DNA of 64,000 nucleotides. Origin: Gammaproteobacteria bacterium (GTDB lineage Bacteria; Pseudomonadota; Gammaproteobacteria; JBCCGL01). The stretch spans positions 1,984,001 through 2,048,000 of the forward strand of contig OZ255836.1 in the NCBI GenBank assembly GCA_965277715.1, read 5' to 3'. The notes under the pieces were generated by a model, which saw nothing but the letters and a program-made list of their open reading frames with translations, did no database searches and was not told the origin of the DNA. Positions 10,278-19,647 of the stretch are shown piece after piece. Numbering within the stretch: position 1 is the stretch's first letter; each line of letters begins with the position of its first letter. The position numbers and the translations under genes are program-made.

Positions 10278-11675
10278 ATGATCAAACAAACCACTATAGT
10301 TCCGGTTTTTCTAGGATTATCACTTCTCACAGCCATTCCAGCGGCCATCGCCCAGGCACAGAATGTTATCGTAGCCGGTAGCGAATGTATTGGCACAGAT
10401 TGTGTTGAAGGCGAGATTTTCGGTGCGGATACACTTCGGCTCAAAGAAAACAATTTGCGTATTCACTTTGACGATACTACGGCAAACTCAGGCACAAGCT
10501 TTCCCAGCAACGACTGGCGTATTCTTATTAATAGCGGTAGTAACGGTGGCGGCAACTACTTTGCGATTCAGGATGCCACCGCTAACCAGGTAGTTTTGCA
10601 AATTGATGCGGGTGCACCTTTATACAGCATGCGCGTCAACAGCGCGGGTAACCTTGGCCTGGGTACGGCCAATCCTCTCACGCAATTGCACATAGTGGAC
10701 GGTAACTCGCCAACCTTGCGCTTAAATCAAGATTCCAGCCATGGTTGGAAACCGTATATATGGGATATCGTTGCTAACGAGGCGGCCCTGCTCGTGCGTG
10801 ACACCACCCACGATAACCAAATACCTTTTCGCATTAACACAGGTGCAAGCAACAATAGTTTCTTAATTGATAATAATGGACGCGTCGGCCTGGGAACCGC
10901 CTCTCCTGCAGCGAATTTGCATCTATCCTCAAGCGCTGGAACCGCAAAAATACTGGTACAGGAATCAAACACCACCACCGAGCAGAGAGATTTATTGGAA
11001 CTGAGGAATAATGGCGATAGTTTAATGTTTTTTAACAATGCCACTACCAACAATAACTGGTCGGTGGGTCAGTCTAGCGCTATTGCGGCAGAATCCTTTA
11101 TTATCTCGTCTGCAGGTCAGGCCTTCACCGACGCCGGTTTGAAAGGTTTACTTTTGACGAGTGCCGGAGGTATGCTTGTCGGCGATTTTTCTGATGGCCA
11201 CGCGGAGCTTGCTCTGAACCCAGCCAATGGCAATCTACTGGTTCGAGGCAGTCTTACAGCAACCAATGTGGCTTCGAGTTCATCCCGTGCGCTAAAAGAA
11301 AACTTTTCTATCGTTGACCCCATGGAAATTTTGGCGGCAGTGGCGCAAATTCCTATCTCTAAATGGAGTTTCAAAAACGATGGTTCAAGTGTGTTTCATA
11401 TAGGACCGATGGCTGAAGATTTTTATGCTCTGTTCGGTTTGGGAACCGACAACAAGCATATTTCCTCCGTTGACGGTGACGGTATTGCACTTGCGTCGAT
11501 TAAGGCGCTGAACCAAAAACTGGAGAGTAAGGAGCTGAAAATTGCCGACCTGGAAGCGCAATTGGCCGAAAAAGGTCAACAGCTTCAACAGCACGCATCC
11601 CTATTGGAAGATTTGAGCCAAAAAGTTCAGCTTTTACTTAATGGTGTTTCTGCCGACGGTAAAGACGGTCAATAA
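10278..11675 (+). CDS. secreted tail-fibre/tailspike-like beta-repeat protein with C-terminal peptidase S74 intramolecular chaperone and coiled coil
   Basis: Signal peptide ending AIAQA; two GxLG(L)GTxxP-xx-LH repeats; SSRALKENF...IGPMAEDFYALFGLG..DG.ALASIKAL S74-type domain; heptad tail. Confidence 0.75.
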   Translation: MIKQTTIVPVFLGLSLLTAIPAAIAQAQNVIVAGSECIGTDCVEGEIFGADTLRLKENNLRIHFDDTTANSGTSFPSNDWRILINSGSNGGGNYFAIQDATANQVVLQIDAGAPLYSMRVNSAGNLGLGTANPLTQLHIVDGNSPTLRLNQDSSHGWKPYIWDIVANEAALLVRDTTHDNQIPFRINTGASNNSFLIDNNGRVGLGTASPAANLHLSSSAGTAKILVQESNTTTEQRDLLELRNNGDSLMFFNNATTNNNWSVGQSSAIAAESFIISSAGQAFTDAGLKGLLLTSAGGMLVGDFSDGHAELALNPANGNLLVRGSLTATNVASSSSRALKENFSIVDPMEILAAVAQIPISKWSFKNDGSSVFHIGPMAEDFYALFGLGTDNKHISSVDGDGIALASIKALNQKLESKELKIADLEAQLAEKGQQLQQHASLLEDLSQKVQLLLNGVSADGKDGQ

Positions 11676-11994
11676 AGGATCGTGGTCGCGATATTTCCGC
11701 ACTAAAAACCAGGATAAAGTAGTGTGTATAGAGAACAATTTTCTCTTTATTACTCAATAAGTTAATCGTTAAGGAAGCGCCCTTCGGCATCGCCCTCTTT
11801 TTATCCCTCGGGTAACGCATTATGTATCGTTGCTATTAAACAATAAAATGAATTTATTGCAGGTATATACCTGCCTGTTTCTGTTTTTATAATGTGTACT
11901 GCGGAAAAGCCGGATTGGCAAAACCCCATGCATATGCACTTACAAGATTCGTAATTTACGGCATAATGCGCGCCACCATTTTTGGGTTGATGCT

Positions 11995-12762
11995 ATGAAG
12001 CTGCTGTACGATTTTTTCCCTATCATTCTGTTTTTTATCGCCTTCAAGTGGAAAGGCATTTTCGTTGCGACGATTGTCGCTATCGTCGCCTCTATTGCGC
12101 AGTTGGGGCTGTACTGGCTAAAACATCGCCGTGTTGAAAAGATGCACCTGGTTTCCGCTGTGCTGATCATCTCGCTCGGTAGCCTCACTATTATCCTGCA
12201 GGATAAAGCATTTATTATGTGGAAACCCACGTTGATTAACTGGTTATTCGCACTCGTGTTTATGGGGAGTTTATTTATTGGTCAAAAGCCCTTGATCCAG
12301 CACATGTTAGGCGGGCAACTGAGCCTGCCAAACGCCGTCTGGAAAAACCTCAACTGGGCCTGGGTAGTGTTTTTTATATTCAGTGGCTGTGCCAATTTGT
12401 ATTTTGCGATGGATTATCTCGATAGCGAAACCGCCCTGCGCACTGCAGTGCCGACAATCGCTGACACCGACCTGGAAAACTTTGATTGCACCGCTGCACT
12501 CTACCAACCGGACAATCAGGCATTGTGCGAATCGACAGCCGACAAAGAGGCATTCTGGGTCAACTTTAAGTTGTTCGGCTTGCTTGGGCTTACAGTTATT
12601 TTTATCATCGCGCAATCGCTGTATATGTCACGCTACATGAAAACCGGGGATGATCCAGCCGTCGATGACCCAGCCGTCGACGATCAAGTCAATAACAACC
12701 TGGGCAACACCAACGCCGCCGATCAATCTGACGATGGCACCGGGCCAAATACCAAACCATAG
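11995..12762 (+). CDS. yciB: inner membrane protein YciB (IspZ) with an extra loop insertion
   Basis: [29 protein letters not shown]; upstream of yciI. Confidence 0.9.
   Translation: MKLLYDFFPIILFFIAFKWKGIFVATIVAIVASIAQLGLYWLKHRRVEKMHLVSAVLIISLGSLTIILQDKAFIMWKPTLINWLFALVFMGSLFIGQKPLIQHMLGGQLSLPNAVWKNLNWAWVVFFIFSGCANLYFAMDYLDSETALRTAVPTIADTDLENFDCTAALYQPDNQALCESTADKEAFWVNFKLFGLLGLTVIFIIAQSLYMSRYMKTGDDPAVDDPAVDDQVNNNLGNTNAADQSDDGTGPNTKP
12649..12685 (+). repeat. imperfect 15-bp tandem repeat encoding [12 protein letters not shown] in the YciB tail
   Basis: gatgatccagccgtc gatgacccagccgtc gacgatc. Confidence 0.7.
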
Positions 12763-12773
12763 GAACGAAAACA

Positions 12774-13076
12774 ATGCTCTATACCTTTGTCTGCCAGGAT
12801 GTCGAAAACAGCCTGGAAAAACGCTTAAGTGTCCGCCCGGCACACATCGCACGCCTGCTCGCACTACAGGAACAGGGCCGTTTGATCGCCGCAGGCCCCA
12901 ACCCCACTATCGACAGTGACGACCCTGGATCGGCCGGTTTTAGTGGCAGTGTTATCATCGCTGAATTTGATTCGCTGCAGGCGGCACAATCCTGGGCCGA
13001 CGAAGATCCCTATATCGAAGCCGGGGTTTATCACAGCGTCACCGTCAAGCCCTTTAAAATGGTATTGCCCAGCTAA
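12774..13076 (+). CDS. yciI: YciI family protein
   Basis: [30 protein letters not shown]. Confidence 0.92.
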   Translation: MLYTFVCQDVENSLEKRLSVRPAHIARLLALQEQGRLIAAGPNPTIDSDDPGSAGFSGSVIIAEFDSLQAAQSWADEDPYIEAGVYHSVTVKPFKMVLPS

Positions 13077-13078
13077 CC

Positions 13079-13918
13079 ATGAAAAAGTGGCAATACGCTA
13101 TAACAGCAGGACTGACCTGCCTGGTGATGGGGTGCGGTGACCGATCAGATCAACCTGATGACCAACGTGATAATAAGGTCGATACAACGCCAGTAACGCC
13201 GGATGAAGCCAATACCCTCGCCCTGGTGGACGGCGTCCCTATCAGTATTGCCGAGCGCACGCTGCACCTGCAGCAACGCCAGCAACAATCACAAACCACC
13301 GACCTCAACGAAATCACCGAAGAACTGATTAACCTAAAAGTGATTGTACTCAACGCCGAAAAAGAGGGCTTGCATCAACGCGAGGATGTCAAGGCAGAAT
13401 TACAACGCCAGCGTAACGCAGTGCTCGCGAATGTATACATTAAAGAAAAAATGCAGGGCATTGAAATCAGCGACGAAGCGCTGACCACCGAGTATGCAAA
13501 ACAGCTCACTCAAATTCCCTCCAAAGAATATAACGCCAGCCACATACTGCTGGAGAATGAAGCGGAGGCGCTGGCCGTCATTGACCGGCTCGATGGCGGT
13601 GAGGCATTTGCCCTGCTGGCCAGTGAAGTATCAAAAGGCCCCAGTGCCAAAGAGGGCGGTAGTCTGGGCTGGTTTAGACTTGAGTCAATGGTCGATAGTT
13701 TTGCCGATGCACTGGCTCTACTTAAAAAAGAGGAATACACCCGGCAAGCTGTCAAAACTGAATTTGGCTGGCATGTCATTCGACTCAACGACACCCGCCC
13801 GATCGAACGCCCCACATTGGAACAGGTAAAAGACGAAGTGCGCACAATAGTGATGAACAAGCGACTGAATGACCTCGTGCAGGCGCTGCGCGCAAAATCG
13901 ACGATCGAAATCCGTTAG
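13079..13918 (+). CDS. parvulin/PpiC-type peptidyl-prolyl isomerase lipoprotein (PrsA-like)
   Basis: Lipobox VMGC; ASHIL, S.GPSAKEGGSLGW, KTEFGWHVI rotamase motifs. Confidence 0.9.
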   Translation: MKKWQYAITAGLTCLVMGCGDRSDQPDDQRDNKVDTTPVTPDEANTLALVDGVPISIAERTLHLQQRQQQSQTTDLNEITEELINLKVIVLNAEKEGLHQREDVKAELQRQRNAVLANVYIKEKMQGIEISDEALTTEYAKQLTQIPSKEYNASHILLENEAEALAVIDRLDGGEAFALLASEVSKGPSAKEGGSLGWFRLESMVDSFADALALLKKEEYTRQAVKTEFGWHVIRLNDTRPIERPTLEQVKDEVRTIVMNKRLNDLVQALRAKSTIEIR

Positions 13919-13935
13919 CAAGGTAGGCGGCGTTC

Positions 13936-14420
13936 TCAGGCTTGTATAGGTGTAGCCGCCAATAAAAATCGCCATATTGGTAAGACGCTAATAACGCCAG
14001 CGCCCGTTTCAATCCGGTCCTTTTCCTCGCGCGTTACGATAAGACCCTCTGTAATACCCTGCTCAGCCATAGCTTCTTCAAGTGCCTTTACTTCGCGCTT
14101 CAGGGTTTGGGGAGCGACTAATGTTTCACTGACCTGTATCAGCTTTTTGCTACGATCAGCTTGCATCACAATAAAATCAACCTCTCGACCACTTTTGGTT
14201 CTGTAGTAATGAACCTCTCTATAATTTTGGCGCAATGCAACGAATACTATATTTTCCAGCAGATGACCGAGATTGACGAGAATCCCAGAAGACACGGAAG
14301 TGATCAATGCATGGTCTATGCAGTAGATTTTTTTGGGATTTGCGTTCCTACGCGAAACCGATGGATCGTAAATGTATGCGGTAAAAAAAATAGGCGTCTT
14401 CAAACCATTTAACTACCTAT
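13936..14420 (-). pseudogene. truncated, frameshifted C-terminal part of an AAA_14/DUF4143 ATP-binding protein
   Basis: NPKKIYCID, LLEN.VF..L, YYRTKSGREVDF, IQV; upstream FEDAYFF is out of frame across a T8 run (14383-14390); no ATPase domain. Confidence 0.75.
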
Positions 14421-14538
14421 CGAGAATTATGCGCTTAATTGTCTCTAACATATTATTTACGACCGTGGTTGCAGCAATAAACCAGGAAAAGATTAAAAGT
14501 GCACTTTAACAGCACCTACAGACTTTATTACAACTAAA

Positions 14539-14593
14539 ATTGGCTTTTTAAAAGACCAATTTAACAAAAAAACTGGTCTTTTAAAAAGCCAAT
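14539..14593. repeat. 24-bp inverted repeat pair with 7-bp spacer, each arm quasi-palindromic; possible operator
   Basis: attggctttttaaaagaccaattt (14539-14562) and aaactggtcttttaaaaagccaat (14570-14593) are complementary at 23 of 24 positions. Confidence 0.8.
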
Positions 14594-14785
14594 AACAAGA
14601 TATTTATCGATCCCAATAGAAAAAAGAATACAACAAGAAGCGGGCTGCATACCTCATTGGTATTTTGCTGAGTGCATATAAACAGACAACACACCGGAGA
14701 CACAATCTAATGCCACCAACCATCAGCATCAGCCTACCTTCCACAGAAACAGTTGGCGTACTACGATATTAACTTGCTGTTGAAC

Positions 14786-16021
14786 CTATGCCACAGAGGG
14801 CAACTTCAAACCAATCATCAAATCCATCACATTAGTGCCCGTCGGCCCGGTACACAACAGATCACCCGCCGCCTGTAAAAAACGCCCCGAATCGGCTTCA
14901 TCTAGCGCAGCCCGCCAATCGCCACCACACGCTAAGCCACGCGACAGAGTACCACCATCAACAATGCCCCCGGCATCCCCGGTAGGGCCATCACTGCCGT
15001 CCGTCCCCGCACATAACAGATAACAACCCGTACTGCCATGCAACACACTGGCCGCCGCCAGCGCCAAATGCTGGTTGCGTCCGCCCCTGCCGGGGTTTAC
15101 AGGCAACACCATAGTAGATTCACCACCCCATATATAAACCCCCGGTGCCGCCTGTTTTAGTAACGCCCCCAACTCACACCCCGCTGTAGTCGCATCACCC
15201 CGGATAAAATTACTGTCCACAGTGACCGCATACCCGGCAGCCTGCGCCGCCTCTGCCACCGCCTGCCTAGCGTGAGCCAACGAGGCAACAATATGACTAT
15301 CAATCTGCCGCCACACAGTACTATCAACCATCTGTACCGCATCAGCCTGAACGTAGTGGGCCAGTTGTTCAGGCACATTGGCCAACCCCGTGGCTGGCTC
15401 TGCACACAATAGACCCGAGCCAATATCTGCAATATGGTCACCGGGAACATCTGAAATCAATAAACAATGCACTTTGCGTGCACCGATATACCTGGCGAGA
15501 CGCCCCCCCTTGATACAGGACACCGATTTACGCACCCGGTTCATGTCCGCAATATCCAAACCACCGGCGAGCAATGCTTTATTGAGCACCTGCAAATCAT
15601 CCAGTGTCATCCCCGTCGGCAATACGTCCACCAGACTGGAGGTGCCGCCGGAAATCAACACCAACAACTGTGCATCCGCAGGCGTTGCCGCAATAAACGC
15701 CAACAGGCGTTGGCCTGCATAGAGACTATCGCCCCCTGGCACAGGGTGTGATGACTCAATAATTTCAATCGGTGTATCGTGCCCGCGCAACGCGGCGTCG
15801 ACATGCCCGTGTTTGGTGATCAGCAACGCCTGCACAACCTGCCCCGGCAGGCAACATAAAGCACCGTGCAACATAGCAGAGGCCGCTTTGCCAACGGCGA
15901 TAACGTAGCAATTGCCCACCAGGGGTGAACGGGTAAGGTGCTGTGCCACCGCATTATCCCCAGCCACGGCACTGACTCCCGCGTTAAAAAAATCCACTAG
16001 CTGTGTTCGATGGATTGGCAT
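14786..16021 (-). CDS. glycerate kinase type 2 (DUF4147 + MOFRL; TtuD/GckA-like)
   Basis: AVGKAA, SHPVP, LISGGTSSL, KGGRLA, ISDVPGD, GGRNQH, GTDGSDG, TGPTGTNVMD; start at 16021 or 16030. Confidence 0.9.
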   Translation of the reverse strand: MPIHRTQLVDFFNAGVSAVAGDNAVAQHLTRSPLVGNCYVIAVGKAASAMLHGALCCLPGQVVQALLITKHGHVDAALRGHDTPIEIIESSHPVPGGDSLYAGQRLLAFIAATPADAQLLVLISGGTSSLVDVLPTGMTLDDLQVLNKALLAGGLDIADMNRVRKSVSCIKGGRLARYIGARKVHCLLISDVPGDHIADIGSGLLCAEPATGLANVPEQLAHYVQADAVQMVDSTVWRQIDSHIVASLAHARQAVAEAAQAAGYAVTVDSNFIRGDATTAGCELGALLKQAAPGVYIWGGESTMVLPVNPGRGGRNQHLALAAASVLHGSTGCYLLCAGTDGSDGPTGDAGGIVDGGTLSRGLACGGDWRAALDEADSGRFLQAAGDLLCTGPTGTNVMDLMIGLKLPSVA

Positions 16022-16022
16022 A

Positions 16023-17216
16023 TCACCCATCCTGCGTTTGCAAACTACGCGATAAATCACGCTTTATATCATCGACATTTTCCAACCCAACCGACAGGCG
16101 GATCAAACCCTGACGTATACCCGCCGCATCACGCTCGGCATCACTCAAACGCCCATGTGTGGTGGTAGCCGGGTGGGTAATTGTGGTTTTGGTATCGCCC
16201 AGATTCGCCGTAATTGAAATCATTTGCGTACCATCGATCACCCGCCAGGCTGCCTGCCGCCCACCGTCGACTTCAAATGACACCACACCGCCAAAACCAC
16301 TCTGTTGTCGACAAGCCAAAGCGTGTTGGGGGTGATCACACAATCCAGGATAGTAAACGCGGCGCACAGCCGGTTGGCACTGTAACCACTCGGCAATAAG
16401 TTGTGCATTTTCACAGTGCGCACGCATACGCACGTGCAGGGTTTCCAGTCCCTTCAAAAACACCCAGGCATTGAACGGGCTCATACTGCCACCCCCTGTA
16501 CGCAAAAAACCGAATATCTTTTCACCGACTGTTTCGGCATCACCTATGACCGCGCCACCCACACAGCGCCCCTGGCCATCGATATATTTGGTTGCCGAAT
16601 GAATCACAATATCTGCCCCCAATGCCAATGGCTTTTGCAACACCGGAGTACAGAAACAATTATCCACAACCAATAGCGTACCCGCAGCATGAGCGATATC
16701 TGCCAGTGCACGAATATCGACCAGTTCGGTCAGTGGGTTGGTGGGGGTTTCCAGCAGCAGCAGACGTGTATTGGGTTTAATCTTATGTTGCCAGGCGGAC
16801 AGGTCACCGAGTGGCACAAAATCCACCGACACGCCAAAGGGTTTGATGTATTTGTTCAGCAGTGTAGTGGTCGTGCCAAACATACCCCCGGCGGCAATAA
16901 TATGATCCCCCTGTGACAGCAGCGCCATACAGGTGGCGGTAATCGCCGCCATCCCTGAAGCGGTGGCCACACAAGCCTCCCCACCTTCCATCGCAGCCAA
17001 ACGCTGTTGAAAAATATCCACTGTCGGGTTGGTAAAACGCGAATAAATATTACCTGCCTGCTCGCCACTAAAACGCGCAGCGGCCTGCGCCGCATTGTCA
17101 AAGACAAAGCTGGAGGTGGCGAAGAGGGGTTCGCTGTGCTCGCCCTGTGGTGTGCGTTGATGGCCTACACGAATAGCCAGGGTTTCTGCTGATAATGACT
17201 GCGATGGAGTTTGCAT
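16023..17216 (-). CDS. metZ: O-succinylhomoserine sulfhydrylase
   Basis: YSRFTNPT, ATASGMAAI, HSATKYIDGQGR (PLP lysine), NLGDTKTTITHPATTTH. Confidence 0.95.
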   Translation of the reverse strand: MQTPSQSLSAETLAIRVGHQRTPQGEHSEPLFATSSFVFDNAAQAAARFSGEQAGNIYSRFTNPTVDIFQQRLAAMEGGEACVATASGMAAITATCMALLSQGDHIIAAGGMFGTTTTLLNKYIKPFGVSVDFVPLGDLSAWQHKIKPNTRLLLLETPTNPLTELVDIRALADIAHAAGTLLVVDNCFCTPVLQKPLALGADIVIHSATKYIDGQGRCVGGAVIGDAETVGEKIFGFLRTGGGSMSPFNAWVFLKGLETLHVRMRAHCENAQLIAEWLQCQPAVRRVYYPGLCDHPQHALACRQQSGFGGVVSFEVDGGRQAAWRVIDGTQMISITANLGDTKTTITHPATTTHGRLSDAERDAAGIRQGLIRLSVGLENVDDIKRDLSRSLQTQDG

Positions 17217-17254
17217 AGTGATCGATTCCCGCAAAAATTATAAAGGCGGGCAAT

Positions 17255-17285
17255 AAAAAAGCCCACGTGATTCCAGCGCGGGCTT
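17255..17285 (-). terminator. intrinsic terminator in the metZ leader (riboswitch expression platform)
   Basis: Minus strand AAGCCCGCG-loop-CGUGGGCUU followed by a U-tract. Confidence 0.75.
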
Positions 17286-17288
17286 ATC

Positions 17289-17345
17289 GCTCGCTTTAGC
17301 AGTATTTTTTACGCGCCCGCAAGCTGGTTGTTCAAATCGGCGCAG
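17289..17345 (-). ncRNA. SAM-II riboswitch aptamer
   Basis: Minus strand GCGCCGAUUUGAACAACCAGCUUGCGGGCGCGUAAAAAAUACUGCUAAAGCGAG: P1 GCGCC/GGCGC, GAUUU and GCUAAA conserved motifs, pseudoknot CUUGC/GCGAG; upstream of a methionine gene. Confidence 0.85.
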
Positions 17346-17507
17346 TGGTTATGCTATTAGTACACCCGTGCTGTGTCAATAAAAGACTGCCCCGCTATAC
17401 CCCGCTTTCCAGGCACTGTCAGTCGACACCGGAAACATAATTTGAAAGGGATTCAACTGCGGTTTTTAAGTTTAATCCTTGTTAAACTATCGCCATCACA
17501 CTACTGA

Positions 17508-18410
17508 ATGTTTTACATGCATCGCTCGATAAACTGTTTTCTTTACGTGCTGGTATTCGCCAGTAGCGTTAGCCTATCCCTGCCCGCACGGTCCAATAGT
17601 GATTCTCTACAACTTGGCCTCACCGAAGCCATCCAGCTCGCAGTGGCAGACAAACATGACGATGCACGCGATTTGCTCAAAAAGATCAGCACACAGTACC
17701 CCGACTCCCCTGAGGCCTACAATAACCTCGCCGTATTGGCAGCCTATAGTGAGGATTGGAAGAGCGCCGTCTCCCTGCTGGAAAAGGCCTTGGCGACGAA
17801 TAGGAACCTGCAAACCAGCTACCAGAATCTAAACCGGATATACCGTTACCAGGCTGCACTGGCATACCGTGCAGCACTGCCAGATGCAGAGGCAAAACCA
17901 CTGGCACTACCGGGCCTGATTATGTTGACCACGCCCCCACCATCCACGGTACAGGAAGATGAAGAACCTGTCTTTAACTGGGAGAGCGCGGCGACCAGAC
18001 TAGAGCCGGAGCCAGAACCTAAACCAGAGCCAACACCCGCGAAACCCGTTGCAATTGATATCGAAGCCACCTCCCGCGATATAAGCGACGCCCTGCAGAA
18101 ATGGGCTGCTGCCTGGTCGGCACAAAACGTCGATTCCTATCTATCGAGTTATATAGACAATTATATACCCGACGGTGGTGACGATCATCAGCATTGGCGA
18201 CAACTGCGGCGCAAGCGATTACTGGCACCTGCTTTTATTAACGTTTCAATCTCTAATACCTCCATTGAAGTATTGTCACCACAAAGCGCTATGATTATTT
18301 TCACTCAACACTACCGATCTACAACATTGAATGATTCCGTGAGAAAGTTAATGGTTATGCAACATACTGACAACGGCTGGTCGATCAGCCGTGAGCACAT
18401 AGTGCGATGA
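17508..18410 (+). CDS. exported TPR protein with Pro/Glu linker and C-terminal NTF2-like (Csd6/Pgp2 C-terminal-type) domain
   Basis: Signal peptide; PEAYNNLAVL TPR; PEPEPKPEPTP linker; W.AAWS.QNVDSYLS.Y...F.QHYRS....D...K.....W.I.RE. Confidence 0.75.
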   Translation: MFYMHRSINCFLYVLVFASSVSLSLPARSNSDSLQLGLTEAIQLAVADKHDDARDLLKKISTQYPDSPEAYNNLAVLAAYSEDWKSAVSLLEKALATNRNLQTSYQNLNRIYRYQAALAYRAALPDAEAKPLALPGLIMLTTPPPSTVQEDEEPVFNWESAATRLEPEPEPKPEPTPAKPVAIDIEATSRDISDALQKWAAAWSAQNVDSYLSSYIDNYIPDGGDDHQHWRQLRRKRLLAPAFINVSISNTSIEVLSPQSAMIIFTQHYRSTTLNDSVRKLMVMQHTDNGWSISREHIVR

Positions 18411-19597
18411 GTTGTCGGCCAATTACTTTCTACCTTCTGGCAATACTGGCTTTTTTCAACACCGGTTATGCTATCGCTGACATTCAATGGAGCGGATCAG
18501 AGTTTGCCGAACAACAACTGATTGAAGTCATTGATGCCATAGAACACGGTGCCGACGACAAGGCCTACCAACTCGCCGCTGAGCTAACGGCGTCTTACCC
18601 CACCTTCCAACTCGCCCAGCTAATTTACGGCGATCTGCTATCCGCACGGGGCATGCGTCCAGTTTTGTTTAACGATCAACGCAAACGCGAGCTAAACAAA
18701 TTGCGTGAAGAAGCCCGCGCACGTTTGTCCCACGAACATCTGGTGGTCAACGATACTCTGGTTGCCAACAACCTCCTCATGTTGTCTGATGAATATCAGT
18801 ACGTGCTGGTATTCGAACTGGAAAAATCGCGTTTGTATCTATTCAAAAACCAACAGGGCACACCAAGGTTGGTTGACAATTACTACACGTCGATGGGTAA
18901 GGCCGGTATCGGTAAGCAAGTAGAGGGCGATAACAAAACCCCGCTGGGGGTATACCGCATAATCTCTTACCTGCCGGACAAAAAACTGCCCGAGCTCTAC
19001 GGTGCAGGTGCCTACCCGATAAACTACCCCAATAGCTGGGATCGACTACACGGCAAAACCGGCCACGGTATTTGGTTACACGGTGTACCGCGCAACACTT
19101 ACAGCCGCCCACCGCTGGACAGTGAAGGTTGTGTCGTGGTCAGCAATGTCAATCTGCAAAAGATTGGCAATAGAATCGACCTTGGGAAAACACCCGTAGT
19201 GTTGGCCCGCAATGTTCGCTGGGTCAGTCACACAGAAAACAAACAACTGCGCACCACGTTACAAAATCATTTTGAAGCCTGGCGCCAGGACTGGATGTCA
19301 TTGGATGTTGAAGCCTATCTGCAACATTACTCCGCTGATTTTTCCACATCTAAATACACGTTAAAAAGCTGGCAGACACACAAGCGAAAAATCGCTCCCG
19401 GAAAATCGTTTATCGAGGTAAAAACAACGCAGGAGGATATGTTTGTCTACCCGGATACAAATAACAAAAAACCATTGATAGTCATCCGTTTTGAGCAGCG
19501 TTACCGCAGCAATAATTTCAGCTCGGTGTCACACAAGCAACAATTCTGGCGGCAGGAAAACGACGGCCAGTGGCGCATTGTTTACGAGGGCGTGTAG
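18407..19597 (+). CDS. YkuD-family L,D-transpeptidase/carboxypeptidase with NTF2-like C-terminal domain (Csd6/Pgp2-like)
   Basis: K..EGD.KTPLGVY, YPINYPN.WD, GIWLHG...SEGCVV catalytic His/Cys; ATGA overlap with the upstream gene. Confidence 0.88.
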   Translation: MSCRPITFYLLAILAFFNTGYAIADIQWSGSEFAEQQLIEVIDAIEHGADDKAYQLAAELTASYPTFQLAQLIYGDLLSARGMRPVLFNDQRKRELNKLREEARARLSHEHLVVNDTLVANNLLMLSDEYQYVLVFELEKSRLYLFKNQQGTPRLVDNYYTSMGKAGIGKQVEGDNKTPLGVYRIISYLPDKKLPELYGAGAYPINYPNSWDRLHGKTGHGIWLHGVPRNTYSRPPLDSEGCVVVSNVNLQKIGNRIDLGKTPVVLARNVRWVSHTENKQLRTTLQNHFEAWRQDWMSLDVEAYLQHYSADFSTSKYTLKSWQTHKRKIAPGKSFIEVKTTQEDMFVYPDTNNKKPLIVIRFEQRYRSNNFSSVSHKQQFWRQENDGQWRIVYEGV

Positions 19598-19647
19598 TAT
19601 AACGCTCAGATAACAAGCGGTTCCTCTTGGTCTGGTTTCCCACTGTG

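Noticed and set aside
10278-11675. Prophage or tailocin around the tail-fibre-like gene
   Set aside because: No capsid, baseplate, sheath, lysis or integrase genes nearby; flanks are housekeeping genes
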